Assembly (NCBI GenBank): GCA_973895155.1
Contig: OZ316896.1
Span: forward strand, 20,014,754-20,078,753
Length of the DNA stretch: 64,000 nucleotides
DNA from: Marsupella aquatica
Taxonomy: Eukaryota; Plantae; Marchantiophyta
Reading direction: 5' to 3'
The notes under the pieces are model-generated. The model was not told the DNA's origin. It saw only the letters and a list, made by a program, of their open reading frames with translations, and made no database searches. The stretch's first letter is position 1. Every line of letters begins with the position of its first letter. The position numbers and the translations under genes were made by a program. Positions 1-10,541 of this stretch are shown one piece after another.

Positions 1-884
1 CCGATGGACTACTTTGGCATGCACGTATTTATGAGAGATGAATACATCAAGTATAAAAGGCTTCAGGAACTTTTCATGTCGTTGCTTCCATGACTTCTTG
101 CCCTTCGGTGGTTCCAACGGACTCTTGGATCGGCGTGTCCATCCAGCATATATCACACCAGCCTGTTCAAACTATTCAATACGATACCAAAGAGACGATC
201 AGTCTAAAGTTTTAGAAAAATCCAAGGCGCGTTTCAGGAGAAAGGTAAGGAAAAGAAATCCGTCATCAAAGGACCTAAATGTGACCCTTCAACAATTAGC
301 AATCCCACCTTTGCCTCTGCAACAATTAGCAATTCAATGATTCGGCCTGTGTGCCTTTCCCCCAAATAAATAAATTGGCAATTCCACGAATAGGGCGAGT
401 TGACTTCATGTCAACTCCTTCATCAACTGATAATGAGATCATGAACTTCCAAACTTTTGGCAAGGAGCCGACAAAAAGTGAAGCATGAGTTGGGCGTTCA
501 GGGTTGACTAATATTCAGTTTCCAGGATGATCTCTATACCTTCGCTGAGTAATTTTCACGTTCAATTCCATATTCGAGAAGAATCTCATCTCAACAAGAC
601 TCCACTTCGCTCTATAAAACGGCCACCAACAACTGTATCCCTCAATTTAAATCCCGTCAAATTAAAACCCATCTCACCTGCACAAGTGGACTTTGGTGCT
701 GCTGCGGCAGAATAGAAGTGGAACGAAGCATGGCCCCTTGAAGCGCCGATTTCGAGCTCGCCCAAGACGCGCAATGCACCGTGCTGCTGCCGCTGCTGCC
801 ATCTCTGCTCAGTCTCGCTCCAGGTCTGCCCTCTGCCCCGAGTGAGGAGCACACACAACCCGAGCTAAGAGAGGCTGCTGCCAT
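1..884 (-). CDS. uL18-like (ribosomal protein L18 family) organellar protein, 5' part; exons 884-678 and 162-<1
   Basis: Exon 1 MAAASLSSGCVCSS...SPLVQ is Ser/Ala-rich like a transit peptide and ends at CAG|GTGAG (677). Exon 2 follows TTTGAACAG (163) and reads AGVIYAGWTRRSKSPLEPPKGKKSWKQRHEKFLKPFILDVFISHKYVHAKVVHR, matching the KSWKQR...PFxLxVFxSxxxxHAKVxHR pattern of plant uL18-like proteins. The gene runs off the window. Confidence 0.8.
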
Positions 885-1264
885 TCCTGCTCAGCAAGCT
901 CTTCCGTCGTGCCACTCCAGTCGACCTCTTCCAGGAAAGAATCACATCTGTCCTGGAGGTTACGGAGATTGTGGAGATTGGGTACAGTTCAGTAAAGTAC
1001 GATTGCTCCAGCAAACGAAACGATCTCAACCCAAAAGGAGAGAACAACCGCCTCAGCAGGAGCGAACGATGTGGAGCAGCAATGCGGGCAGAGAATTGGA
1101 GACAGAGAGGCACCTTCTCGAGCGAGCTTGAGGCTGTGGGAATGGAGCTTCTCGATGACTATGGCTATGGTGGAGCGAGGAAGGCCGAGAGACGAGGCAG
1201 GGTTTAGAGTGGTCCCAGATTCAATTCCACTCTACACACACCAGGCTATGTCACTTACCAAGAT

Positions 1265-1572
1265 AAACCCAATTATTTTCTTTAAATCAGTGAATTTCAT
1301 TCTAAGTATGTATCCTGGATGCTGCTTTTGATATACCCAAGTATTAAATCAGTGAGTTTCATTCTAAGTATGTATCTTGCTGTTTTTGATAAACCCATTA
1401 TTTTCTTTGAATCAGTGAGCTTCATTCTAAGTATGTATCTTGCCTTTTCTGATAAACCCAATTATTTTCTGTAAATCAGTGAGTTTCATTCTAAGTATGT
1501 ATCTTGCTGTTTTTGGTAAACCCAATTATTTTCTTCTAATCAGTGAGTTTCATTCTAAATATGCATCTGGCT
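1265..1572. repeat. Tandem array, ~63-bp unit, ~5 copies
   Basis: AAACCCAATTATTTTCT..AATCAGTGAGTTTCATTCTAAGTATGTATCTTGC recurs near 1265, 1333 (shortened), 1391, 1454 and 1518. Confidence 0.85.
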
Positions 1573-1694
1573 GTTTTGATGTGCAATTACCGAGGCCCAC
1601 ACACCGAGGCTCCCATGTATTTGAATTTGCCTTAATTAGATGCTGTAAAATATGTTCGGGATATGCTACTGTGCTGTAGTGTATGTGCATTAAT

Positions 1695-1717
1695 AGGGCG
1701 TCTCAAACCTGGGTTTT
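1695..1717 (+). repeat. Left TIR
   Basis: Exact reverse complement of 14337-14359. Confidence 0.95.
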
Positions 1718-2299
1718 TTTTACTTAACTCCAGGCGTTAACCCTCTGGTTAACGACTTTCCCGTAACTCATATGGTATGCCTATTTCCCGTACCTTAACT
1801 TTTGGCAGTGGGAAATGACCATTTCCCATTTCCATTAGCATTTCCCGTGACGAACAGTTCAAACGCCCAGGCGACGGTTCACTGACCACTCGTGTATGCA
1901 GAGAGTCTACGACCACTCGACCACTCAATGTCTCGACATTTGCTTCCACAGAGACAGCCACTTCCGACTTCCGACTGGAACGCACGAAAACGCTCGACAT
2001 CCACTTCCGACTGGAATGCACGAAAACGCTTGTTGCTACAATCACGGGGAGTTGCTGGCCTGCATTGGTAACCTGTGCAGGGCTGTCAAAGAGTGGACGC
2101 AAAATCCTTAGGGAGATCAGCGAAGGGTGGACCAAAGCCGAGACAAGTTGGTGTTCAGGTTCGTGATCGCATCCCACGCGCATCCAGGCTTTGCCCAGAC
2201 AACTCTCAGTTCTCTATTTTATTGCCAGGCTTGGGCCAAGAATTCATGTTGTGCTTTTCATTTGCAGGGAAGGCGATCATCGTGTCATTCCTGTTTCTT

Positions 2300-2976
2300 A
2301 TGATGGCTGTGTACAGTTTGTTAGCTGAAATTGAAGACTGTAGAATGAAGGGACAGAAGCTTGTTCAATCCCCAACATTGGTCAATGTTGCAAACTTTGT
2401 CGCTGCTTGTCCTTATCCTCGAAAGTGTATATACCTGTCCTGTCCGGCTAAGCTGCCAACGGGAAGGATATGTGCAAGGTCTTTAGAGTTCGGGCAAAAT
2501 TGTGACCATTCGTTGCCTGGAAGGCATTGATTTCGTTTTCAATTGGTTTTCATTGATGCTGTTCATGGAGGGGTTCCACCTCTACGTGCAAACCTATGGG
2601 ATGTAGCAGAGACCTTCTTGGATTGTAGTGCCGTTGAATTTGTGAGTTGCACAGAATCTGAGCAGAATCTGAGCAGATTCAGTACGTTCATGCTTTGACC
2701 CAAGGAACACCCATGGCTATTGTCCAATTCAAAGTTCGGGACTATGAAATCAGTGTGAAGAACTTTTCCTTTGTGGATTCAAAACCAAATGTGCCAAAGC
2801 CAGTGTCCCTCAGACATTGTCCAAAATCCAGAAGTAGGCTACCATCAACTTATCCTTGCTCATGTTCGAGTGCTGAACAGCAGACATCTGAAGTCCCACC
2901 AGAGAACCCAAACTTGAATGGGGACATACTACTAGGACTAATTCAAAAGCTACATGATGAATTCAACCTGGGATAG
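2300..2976 (+). pseudogene. Transposon-borne RPA70 C-terminal-like (zinc ribbon/OB fold) gene, ~221 aa when reconstructed
   Basis: IYLSCPAKLPTGRICARSL...CDH...RH*FRFQLVFIDAVHG...LRANLWDVAETFLDCSAVEF aligns by eye with the RPA70C pattern YxACP..C.KKV..C..RYILQ..I.DHTG..W.TAF...E.IMG.SA. Lesions are a TGA at 2528-2530 and an 11-bp duplication at 2652-2673; removing the duplication joins the frame to ORF 2695-2976. Possible 5' UTR intron at 2159-2267. Confidence 0.65.
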
Positions 2977-4112
2977 AGGCTTTAATTTAGGTTTTCAATG
3001 TTGTCCACATAGTTCGGTTGAGGATAGGGCAGCAACAATCAGGTCAACAGTTTGGGAATCTGCACTGGAATGTGATGTGCCTCACTTTATGTAATTTTCA
3101 ATATTCTTATGTTTGACTTTGCAGTGCTGATGAGTGTATTCTCTTTCCTTTTATGATAGGTTCTCGTGCTCCATATTCATTGGCAATCTAGGGCTTTACA
3201 ATGCCACGCATATCAGAGAGACAAAGGCTGCTCAATGAGGTGAAGGAGGGGTTGTATTTTTTGATTGTCATGCAGAGCTCTAGTAGTGACAATGACGCAT
3301 TCAGCAGTGAATCCAATTCCTCAGGCACTGACCTAATTAGTCATGCACAGGGCAACTGTACAGATGAAGACCTTGAATTAGATTCATCCACTGATTGTAG
3401 TGTTGGGAGTGACCCATTTAATATAGAGCCTAGGCCATCAGAACTTCTGGAATTGTACTTTGTGATGGACAATACTCGTTACTTTGTAGATCGTCCTATG
3501 ACTGCAAAGTCAAAGGATTTTGCGGAAATTTTTTTTGCCAATCTTCCACCAAAGTTGTTCAGGCAAATGACGCGCATGGACAAAGATTCATTCTTTGGGC
3601 TTGTGAATATGATTGAGGACCATCATGTGATTCTCCTAATGAGCAGGCCCCAATTTGCTGGCAATTAGCCGTCACCTTGGACAGGCTGGGCCATGATGGA
3701 AATGGGGCATGCTTAAATCATATGATCCCTGTCTGGGGTGTCAGCAATGGCTCACTATGCAACTTTACTACACGGTGCTTCAAGGCATTGGAGGATGCCC
3801 TCCATTCACACTTGCAATGGCCACTACGGGAAGAGCGAGCAAGCATCTCAAATGAGTTCAGTCAGAAAGGCTTTCCTGGCTGTGTTGGTCTCATTGATGG
3901 CACACTTATCCCATTGTCGCAGCGCCCAAAAGATTCAGGAGAATGCTACTTCGACAGGAAGTGCAAATACTCAATCAATGCACAAGTTGTCTGTGATCAT
4001 AGACGAAAGATCTTGTATTTGTATACTAGTAAGAAGGTTATTTTAGGTCTTCCTTACCCACAATTATTCCATATCCAGCTCTAATTTTACTCACTCTATT
4101 AATTGTATTCTT

Positions 4113-4483
4113 TGTTGAGCATAGACGACGATCGCAACGGCAAGCCCATGAACCATCCAACGCACAATAGTCAACACAAGAGATACGTGGTTCACCTCCT
4201 TGAGGCTACGTCCACGGGAACACACAAGAGAGCTTTACTGAACTCTAAGCCCGTCGGCTATACCGAGTCTCCACAGTGTAAGCTCTCCCTATCTCTCAAG
4301 TGGCTCCATAACAATGAGCCTTGGTTCTACCTCTCCAAGCACACATGCCTCTTATGATATAGTGTGCAACTTAGTTGTACCTAACCACATAGTTGTACCT
4401 AACCACATAGTTGTACCTAATCACGTAGTTGTACCTAATCACGTAGTTGTACCTAACCTAGACGTAAGAGTAAATACCCAACA
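4113..4483 (-). repeat. 3' LTR (371 bp)
   Basis: TGTTGAGC...CCCAACA; the adjacent ATCTTCCCCTT (4484-4494) is the polypurine tract on the minus strand. Confidence 0.95.
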
Positions 4484-4674
4484 ATCTTCCCCTTGACTCT
4501 GGTCTAGGGGAGAGTAATACTGCCAATGTATATGATCCCTCAGCGGGAAGTTCTGGACAGAAACCAAACCGGTTTCCCTCTCTAACTAGAGCAAACCAGA
4601 ACTAAGCCGTAGCCTAATACATAGGAATGAGGAAGAGCATATATCAGTAATTACAATGAATGTTTAAGAAAACT

Positions 4675-7600
4675 CTACTTGTGATGCAATTGCAAAACCT
4701 GCAATACGTCACGGTGTCTAGAGAAACTCTCCAAAGGAATCACTTTGGTAAATGCGTCAGCCGGGTTGAGTTTACCATCAATCTTGATTAGCTCAAACAA
4801 ATTATCAGACACAGCCTGCCTGATAAAATGGTACCTGACATCAATGTGCTTCACTCTGCTGTCCATCACCTGGTTCACAGCAAGGTGGAGCGCACTTTGA
4901 CTATCACAATGAAGCTTCACATTCCCCTGTGGCAATCCCATTTCAGTGATAAGTCTATCCAACCAAATCGCTTCCTTTGCTGCTTCTGCAGCTGCAACAT
5001 ACTCCGCTTCTGTAGTAGACTGAGCAATACACTTCTGCAAAGTAGACCTCCAACTTATGCATCCACCGCCAAGTGTGAACACGTATCCTGTTGTTGATCT
5101 CCTTCGGTCCAAATCTTGTCCATAGTCAGAATCTACATAGCCAATCAATGATCTAGCATTCTTTGCATTCGCATCAAATAAAAGACCATGATCCACGGTA
5201 CCCTTCAAGTACCTGATAATCCACTTCACTGCTTCCCAGTGTACCTTCCCTGGATTCGACATGTACCTGCTCACCTTGCCCATAGCCATGGCAAGATCAG
5301 GTCTAGTGCAAGTCATCAAATACATGAGACTCCCCACTGCCTTGTCATATGGAACCTTTGACATCAACCCCTTCTCTGTGTCATCCGTAGGACAGAACGC
5401 TGATGATAACTTGAAGTGTGGAGCCAACGGGGTACTTACTGGCTTGCTATTCCCCATGTTGAACCTTGCAATTACCTTCCTCGCATAACTGCTCTGCGTC
5501 AACCATAGCTTGCCAGCCTCCAAGTCCCTAGTGATCTCCATACCCAAAATCCTCTTAGCTGGCCCTAAGTCCTTCATCTTAAACTCTGCACTAAGCAGTG
5601 CCTTGAGCTTAACAATCTCAGACCTATCCTTGGCTGCAATTAGCATATCATCCACATAAAGTACTAAAACAATGAACCCAAATACAATATTCTTTACCGA
5701 TTTCAAATACACACAAGGGTCAAATACACTTCTGTGAAAACCTTGTGACCGAATCCAATCGTCAAACCGCTTGTTCCACTGTCTTGGTGACTGCTTCAAC
5801 CCATACAAGGATTTCAGCAATCTGCAAACCAATTCCTCCTGTCCTCTCTTCACAAAACCTAGCGGTTGTCTCATGAAGATCACCTCTTCCAATGTGCCAT
5901 AGAGGAAAGCTGTGACAACATCCATCTGATCTAGCAGCAGACCAAACATTACAACAAGTACACACAATAGTCGTATTGTAGAGTACTTAGCAACTGGTGA
6001 GAAGACCTCATTGTAATCCACACCTTTCTCTTGTGTGAATCCCTTTGCTACCAACCTAGCCTTGTAAACCTTCGATCCACCTCCTATGGAATTATCCTTC
6101 AGCTTGTAAATCCACTTGTTGTCCACCACTTGCTGACCCTTAGGCAGCTTAACAAGCTCCCAAGTTTTGTTGTCCTTTAGTGACTGCATCTCCGTTTGCA
6201 TTGCTGCAGTCCACTTCTGCTTCTCCTTTGAAGCACTTGCCTCATGAAATGAAGAAGGTTCCCCTTCTTCCAAAATTAACGCATCACCCTCATCATCAGT
6301 TGCAAAATCATTTTCTTGCAGTTGAGATGAATCAACCCACTGTCCATACCTTGGTGGAGCACGTACAGTGCGACCAGATGTTCTTCTAGCCGATGACTTC
6401 GGTTGATCTGCGTGTGCTGGTACAATTTGAAGCTCAACAGCATCCACTTGCTGCTCACCAGCATCAACAAACTCCTTTGGTTCCTCTGGCACAGGAAGCA
6501 GCTCCATAATTGGAGCAACTCCTTCTCTCCGGTCATGCACCGCATAACCAATCTCCCCCTCAACGAGATTCGGGATAGGAGATTTTCCTTTGTCAGTACG
6601 GGAGACCTGAGTATTCTCCCCCTCCTTCAATAATCTGGATTCATTGAAGGAAACATCCCTACTGACAACGAGCTTACAGGCAATAGGATCCCATAGCCTA
6701 TAGGCTTTCACACCACTCTGGTACCCAAGAAAAACACATTTCTTGGAGGTAGGATCCAACTTGGTCCTATTCTGCTTCGGTGTGAGAGCATATGCATCAT
6801 TTCCAAAAACTACCAAGCCATGATAGTCTGCTTGCCGCTTATAGCGCATCTCAAACGGCGTTTTGAAATTGATAGCACTAGAAGGAGAAAGATTTACCAA
6901 ATAAGCTGCGGTATTGATAGCTTCTGCCCAAAATTCTTGTGGTAAACCTGATTGGCTCAACATACTCCGTGATCGCTCCAACAGTGTCCGATTGAGCCTC
7001 TCAGCGACACCATTCTGCTGCGGAGTATAAACTGTGGTGAGATGGCGAGTTATCCTCTGTTCTGAACAGTACTCTTCAAATTCCATTGAAGTGTACTCCC
7101 CGCCGTTGTCTGACCTCAGACTCTTCACCCTTGTATCCAAACACTTGATCGTGTTTCCAGTCTGATTCTCCACCTGGGCCTTCCACTTCTTAAAAATGGA
7201 CAAGACATCAGACTTATGCGTCATGAAATAAATCCACACAAATCTTGAGTAATCATCAATAAATGATACATAGTACAACTTTCCAGAGTGTGAGGGAGTC
7301 GGGGATGGACCCCACACATCACTATGTATGTACTCAAGAACCGCTTTGGAACGATGAGTTCCAACACCAAAAGCACGACGATGCTGCTTTCCAAGAATGC
7401 AATGCTCACAAAACTCTAATTTACAAGATTGCAAATCAGAAATGAGTCCATTCTTCCGTAAGATAGCCAAACCCTTCTCACTCATGTGGCCTAGCCGTGA
7501 ATGCCACAGTTGAGTCATCTCCTCGTGAGACTTGGTTACATTGGCCTCTCCACATACAGTATTGCCCTGTAACACATACAAATTCTTTTGTCTACTCCCC

Positions 7601-7947
7601 TTCAAAATCACTGTCTCTCCCGACCTGACTTGAAGTTCACCATCAATAACGCTCCATTGATGACCATTTGAATCCAACACACCGAGTGAAATCAGATTCT
7701 TACGCATGCCAGGTACATACCTAACTCCGGACACTGTGCGCACAGCGCCATCAAACATTTGAATCTTCACAGACCCAATTCCCTCAATTTGACAGGAGTG
7801 ATCATTTCCCATCAGAACTGAACCGTTTGAAATAGAGTAAGAACTGAAAAACTCACGAATGTAACAAATATGAAAAGAGCAAGCACAATCAAGAATCCAC
7901 ACATCATCTGCTCTCCTAGATAACGTGCACAGGGCATACCCCCGGCT
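4675..7947 (-). CDS. pol: Copia Pol: protease, integrase, reverse transcriptase, RNase H
   Basis: WILDCACSFH (PR); WHSRLGH..CEHC, SDVWG, SDNGGEY, QQNGVAER (IN); YVDDML (RT); YVDSD, EAEY, CDSQSA (RNase H). The frame is open from directly after the gag stop. Confidence 0.95.
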   Translation of the reverse strand, partial: SRGYALCTLSRRADDVWILDCACSFHICYIREFFSSYSISNGSVLMGNDHSCQIEGIGSVKIQMFDGAVRTVSGVRYVPGMRKNLISLGVLDSNGHQWSVIDGELQVRSGETVILKGSRQKNLYVLQGNTVCGEANVTKSHEEMTQLWHSRLGHMSEKGLAILRKNGLISDLQSCKLEFCEHCILGKQHRRAFGVGTHRSKAVLEYIHSDVWGPSPTPSHSGKLYYVSFIDDYSRFVWIYFMTHKSDVLSIFKKWKAQVENQTGNTIKCLDTRVKSLRSDNGGEYTSMEFEEYCSEQRITRHLTTVYTPQQNGVAERLNRTLLERSRSMLSQSGLPQEFWAEAINTAAYLVNLSPSSAINFKTPFEMRYKRQADYHGLVVFGNDAYALTPKQNRTKLDPTSKKCVFLGYQSGVKAYRLWDPIACKLVVSRDVSFNESRLLKEGENTQVSRTDKGKSPIPNLVEGEIGYAVHDRREGVAPIMELLPVPEEPKEFVDAGEQQVDAVELQIVPAHADQPKSSARRTSGRTVRAPPRYGQWVDSSQLQENDFATDDEGDALILEEGEPSSFHEASASKEKQKWTAAMQTEMQSLKDNKTWELVKLPKGQQVVDNKWIYKLKDNSIGGGSKVYKARLVAKGFTQEKGVDYNEVFSPVAKYSTIRLLCVLVVMFGLLLDQMDVVTAFLYGTLEEVIFMRQPLGFVKRGQEELVCRLLKSLYGLKQSPRQWNKRFDDWIRSQGFHRSVFDPCVYLKSVKNIVFGFIVLVLYVDDMLIAAKDRSEIVKLKALLSAEFKMKDLGPAKRILGMEITRDLEAGKLWLTQSSYARKVIARFNMGNSKPVSTPLAPHFKLSSAFCPTDDTEKGLMSKVPYDKAVGSLMYLMTCTRPDLAMAMGKVSRYMSNPGKVHWEAVKWIIRYLKGTVDHGLLFDANAKNARSLIGYVDSDYGQDLDRRRSTTGYVFTLGGGCISWRSTLQKCIAQSTTEAEYVAAAEAAKEAIWLDRLITEMGLPQGNVKLHCDSQSALHLAVNQVMDSRVKHIDVRYHFIRQAVSDNLFELIKIDGKLNPADAFTKVIPLESFSRHRDVLQVLQLHHK

Positions 7948-8982
7948 TCATAAAACATACTCATCATTGAGTAAATCAGCTTCTCCATCAGCCCTAGCCA
8001 CATTTGCCGATAAAGTTTCCGCTGCCTTTCCCTTACAGTCTCGCTTGAAGTGTCCAACTTGGTTGCACTTCCAACATGTCACCTGCCTCCTCTGAGGGGA
8101 TTTACCCTTGGACTTAGATCTGGATTTAGATCTAAACTGGGTTCTACGGTCCCCAGTTGGTCGCTGCATACCCCTCCCACGGTTAACATTGAGGGCAGCA
8201 CCAGATGATGAAGGCTGTGACGTGATGTGCATCTTCTGCTGAAGATCATCACTAAGTAGAGAACTTACCACGTTATTGTATGAAATGGTATCCCTATCAC
8301 GATGCAACAACACTCGTGATAGGGACTGGTAAGATGGAGGCAATGAACTAAGAAGCTGCAGAGCCTTCGTCTCATCATTCAAAGTCTCCCCAAGGTTTTC
8401 CAAGTCAACGACCATGTCGTTGAAAGCATCCACATGGTCTTGCAACTTCGTACCAGATTCCTTCATCCTGAAACTCATCAGTTTGTAGGAAGTGTAGAGC
8501 CGGTTCGACAACTCCTTGCGGTGATACTTGCTCTGCAATTCCGCAAATAAGGACATGCAATCCTTATGTGCACCCAACTGCTTGATGATGGGAGGCATGA
8601 GATAGAGTGTAACACACCACACTCCCTGGTCCTGCATGCGGTCCCATTGTTTCTCATCAACATCGTCTTCACGAGGGCTCAGCAGTTGGCCCATCCCTGA
8701 CGCATAAAGCACTCCCTTCACCTGCTTCTCCCATAGCAAGTAGTCAGAGCGCCCATCATACTTTGTCACTTCATACTTGGGTCCCCCAAGCTTGAAAGTC
8801 CTCATCTTCTTCTTTACCGTGAGCTCCGGTAGTAGTATTGCTTCCTCCACCACACGCCGCACCGGTGATGGTATCGGTGTCACGTGCTCTTCCTCCTGCT
8901 CCTCTCTCTGCCCCTGAAACCTCCGCGGTGACCCTCGTGCTTCAAGTTCCACGTCTTCAAAAAACTCCTCCGAATCACTCAT
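7948..8982 (-). CDS. gag: Copia Gag with CCHC zinc knuckle
   Basis: KYDGRSDYLLW, LLSSLPPSY and CWKCNQVGHFKRDC. Confidence 0.93.
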   Translation of the reverse strand: MSDSEEFFEDVELEARGSPRRFQGQREEQEEEHVTPIPSPVRRVVEEAILLPELTVKKKMRTFKLGGPKYEVTKYDGRSDYLLWEKQVKGVLYASGMGQLLSPREDDVDEKQWDRMQDQGVWCVTLYLMPPIIKQLGAHKDCMSLFAELQSKYHRKELSNRLYTSYKLMSFRMKESGTKLQDHVDAFNDMVVDLENLGETLNDETKALQLLSSLPPSYQSLSRVLLHRDRDTISYNNVVSSLLSDDLQQKMHITSQPSSSGAALNVNRGRGMQRPTGDRRTQFRSKSRSKSKGKSPQRRQVTCWKCNQVGHFKRDCKGKAAETLSANVARADGEADLLNDEYVL

Positions 8983-10124
8983 ATGAGAAAGTCACAAAAA
9001 ATGTTGTTTTTCACAACTTCTCAAAAAACTCGAAACTCAACACCGCCGCATAGCCCACAAAGCTAGGAGTCCAATACTGAAAACCGAAATCAAAATCGAA
9101 ATTTGACGGAAAAGTTATTCAAATTTCGGTCGAGGTGGGTAAAACCTTGGGAAACTCCCCCGTTTTGACCACCTCAGGGAATAACCGAAATACCAAGTAC
9201 AACCCGTTGTCGGAATTGCGATGTGATTGGTGCGCTGCATTGCCAACTTCAATGGCTACGACCTCGCCGAAAAATAACCAAAAAAGTTATCGTTCGGCGG
9301 ATGAAATCTTTGTCGGACGGTCAAAAAATAGCTCTCTGGTTTTTTGGAATATTCTATGACCCTTGTACAGGCCCTGTGGGAATTTTGGAAGAACAATCGA
9401 GGGGCTGACATGTGTCCTCGAACCCCCAAAACCCCCTACCACCCTTCGTCGTCGAAATCTGGTCGCGCGCGCAGAAAATACACACGGCAGAATGTACCCC
9501 TCGACACCAAACGCAAGATATCTCACTCGGGTTTTGACTAAATCAAGATCCGATTTCAGATTTGGAAACTAGACTCCGAGGTGACGAAGATCGATATAAG
9601 AAGCACCCAAAACGAGGAAAGAACGAGGGAGAAAAAAATTGGTAAAGATGACAGATTTCTCTCAATTGCCATAGCCAATTTCGAATCAGTTTTTCAAAGA
9701 GAAAAAAAAATGGTACCTTGTCAACAACGAATGTTGATCAATTGCACTTGGTGCCGTCACCAAGTCCAACAAGGTAATTGATTTTGCTTAGCCTTCCTCT
9801 TTGCATCAAAGAGCCAATCCCGGACTCAAAAACAATCGTCTTGCCTCAATCTCTCCGTTGAGTCAAAACACTTGACGCTTCTCCCTCTGAGTCGATTGCC
9901 AACTTTCTTCACAAAATCCAGAACGACGAAAACTTAGATCTCTCTGCACCACGAGCTCCGTTCAACGATTTCTTCACACCGTTAGAAAGCTCTTGCCCTG
10001 ATCTATCCGTTGAGCCCATAAACTCCAAGTTCAATGCGATGGAACTCTGGAAAATCCACCAACACTCAACGCTGGAAAAACCGTCATGAAATCCCGTCAC
10101 GAACACACGTCACCTCCCAAGCAT

Positions 10125-10136
10125 GCTCTGATACCA
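10125..10136 (-). promoter_or_regulatory. Primer-binding site for initiator tRNA-Met
   Basis: TGGTATCAGAGC on the minus strand, 2 nt inside the 5' LTR boundary. Confidence 0.95.
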
Positions 10137-10138
10137 AT

Positions 10139-10541
10139 TGTTGAGCATAGACGACGATCGCAACGGCAAGCCCATGAACCATCCAACGCACAATAGTCGA
10201 CACAAGAGATACGTGGTTCACCTCCTTGAGGCTACGTCCACGGGAACACACAAGAGAGCTTTACTGAACTCTAAGCCCGTCAGCTATACCGAGTCTCCAC
10301 AGTGTAAGCTCTCCCTATCTCTCAAGTGACTCCATAACAATGAGCCTTGGTTCTACCTCTCCAAGCACACATGCCTCTTATGATATAGTGTGCAACTTAG
10401 TTGTACCTAACCACATAGTTGTACCTAATCACGTAGTTGTACCTAATCACATAGTTGTACCTAATCACGTAGTTGTACCAACCCACGTTGTTGTACCAAC
10501 CACGTCATACCTAACCTAGACGTAAGAGTAAGTACCCAACA
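10139..10541 (-). repeat. 5' LTR (403 bp)
   Basis: Matches 4113-4483 except for 4 transitions and a longer 18-bp array. Confidence 0.95.

Larger units (their letters stand above)
4113..10541 (-). mobile_element. Full-length Ty1/copia LTR retrotransposon (Tnt1/Tork-like), nested in the transposase intron
   Basis: TG...CA LTRs at 4113-4483 and 10139-10541. 5-bp TSD TTCTT at 4108-4112 and 10542-10546. PBS and PPT present; domain order gag-PR-IN-RT-RH. Confidence 0.97.

Noticed and set aside
1691-1698. Canonical TAA TSD with GGGC termini (standard PIF)
   Set aside because: The left flank would be ATA and the right TAA; the AAT TSD with A...T termini matches on both sides.
4372-4457. 18-bp LTR repeats and other regular arrays as a CRISPR array
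   Set aside because: These are head-to-tail repeats with no unique spacers and no cas genes, in a eukaryotic context.
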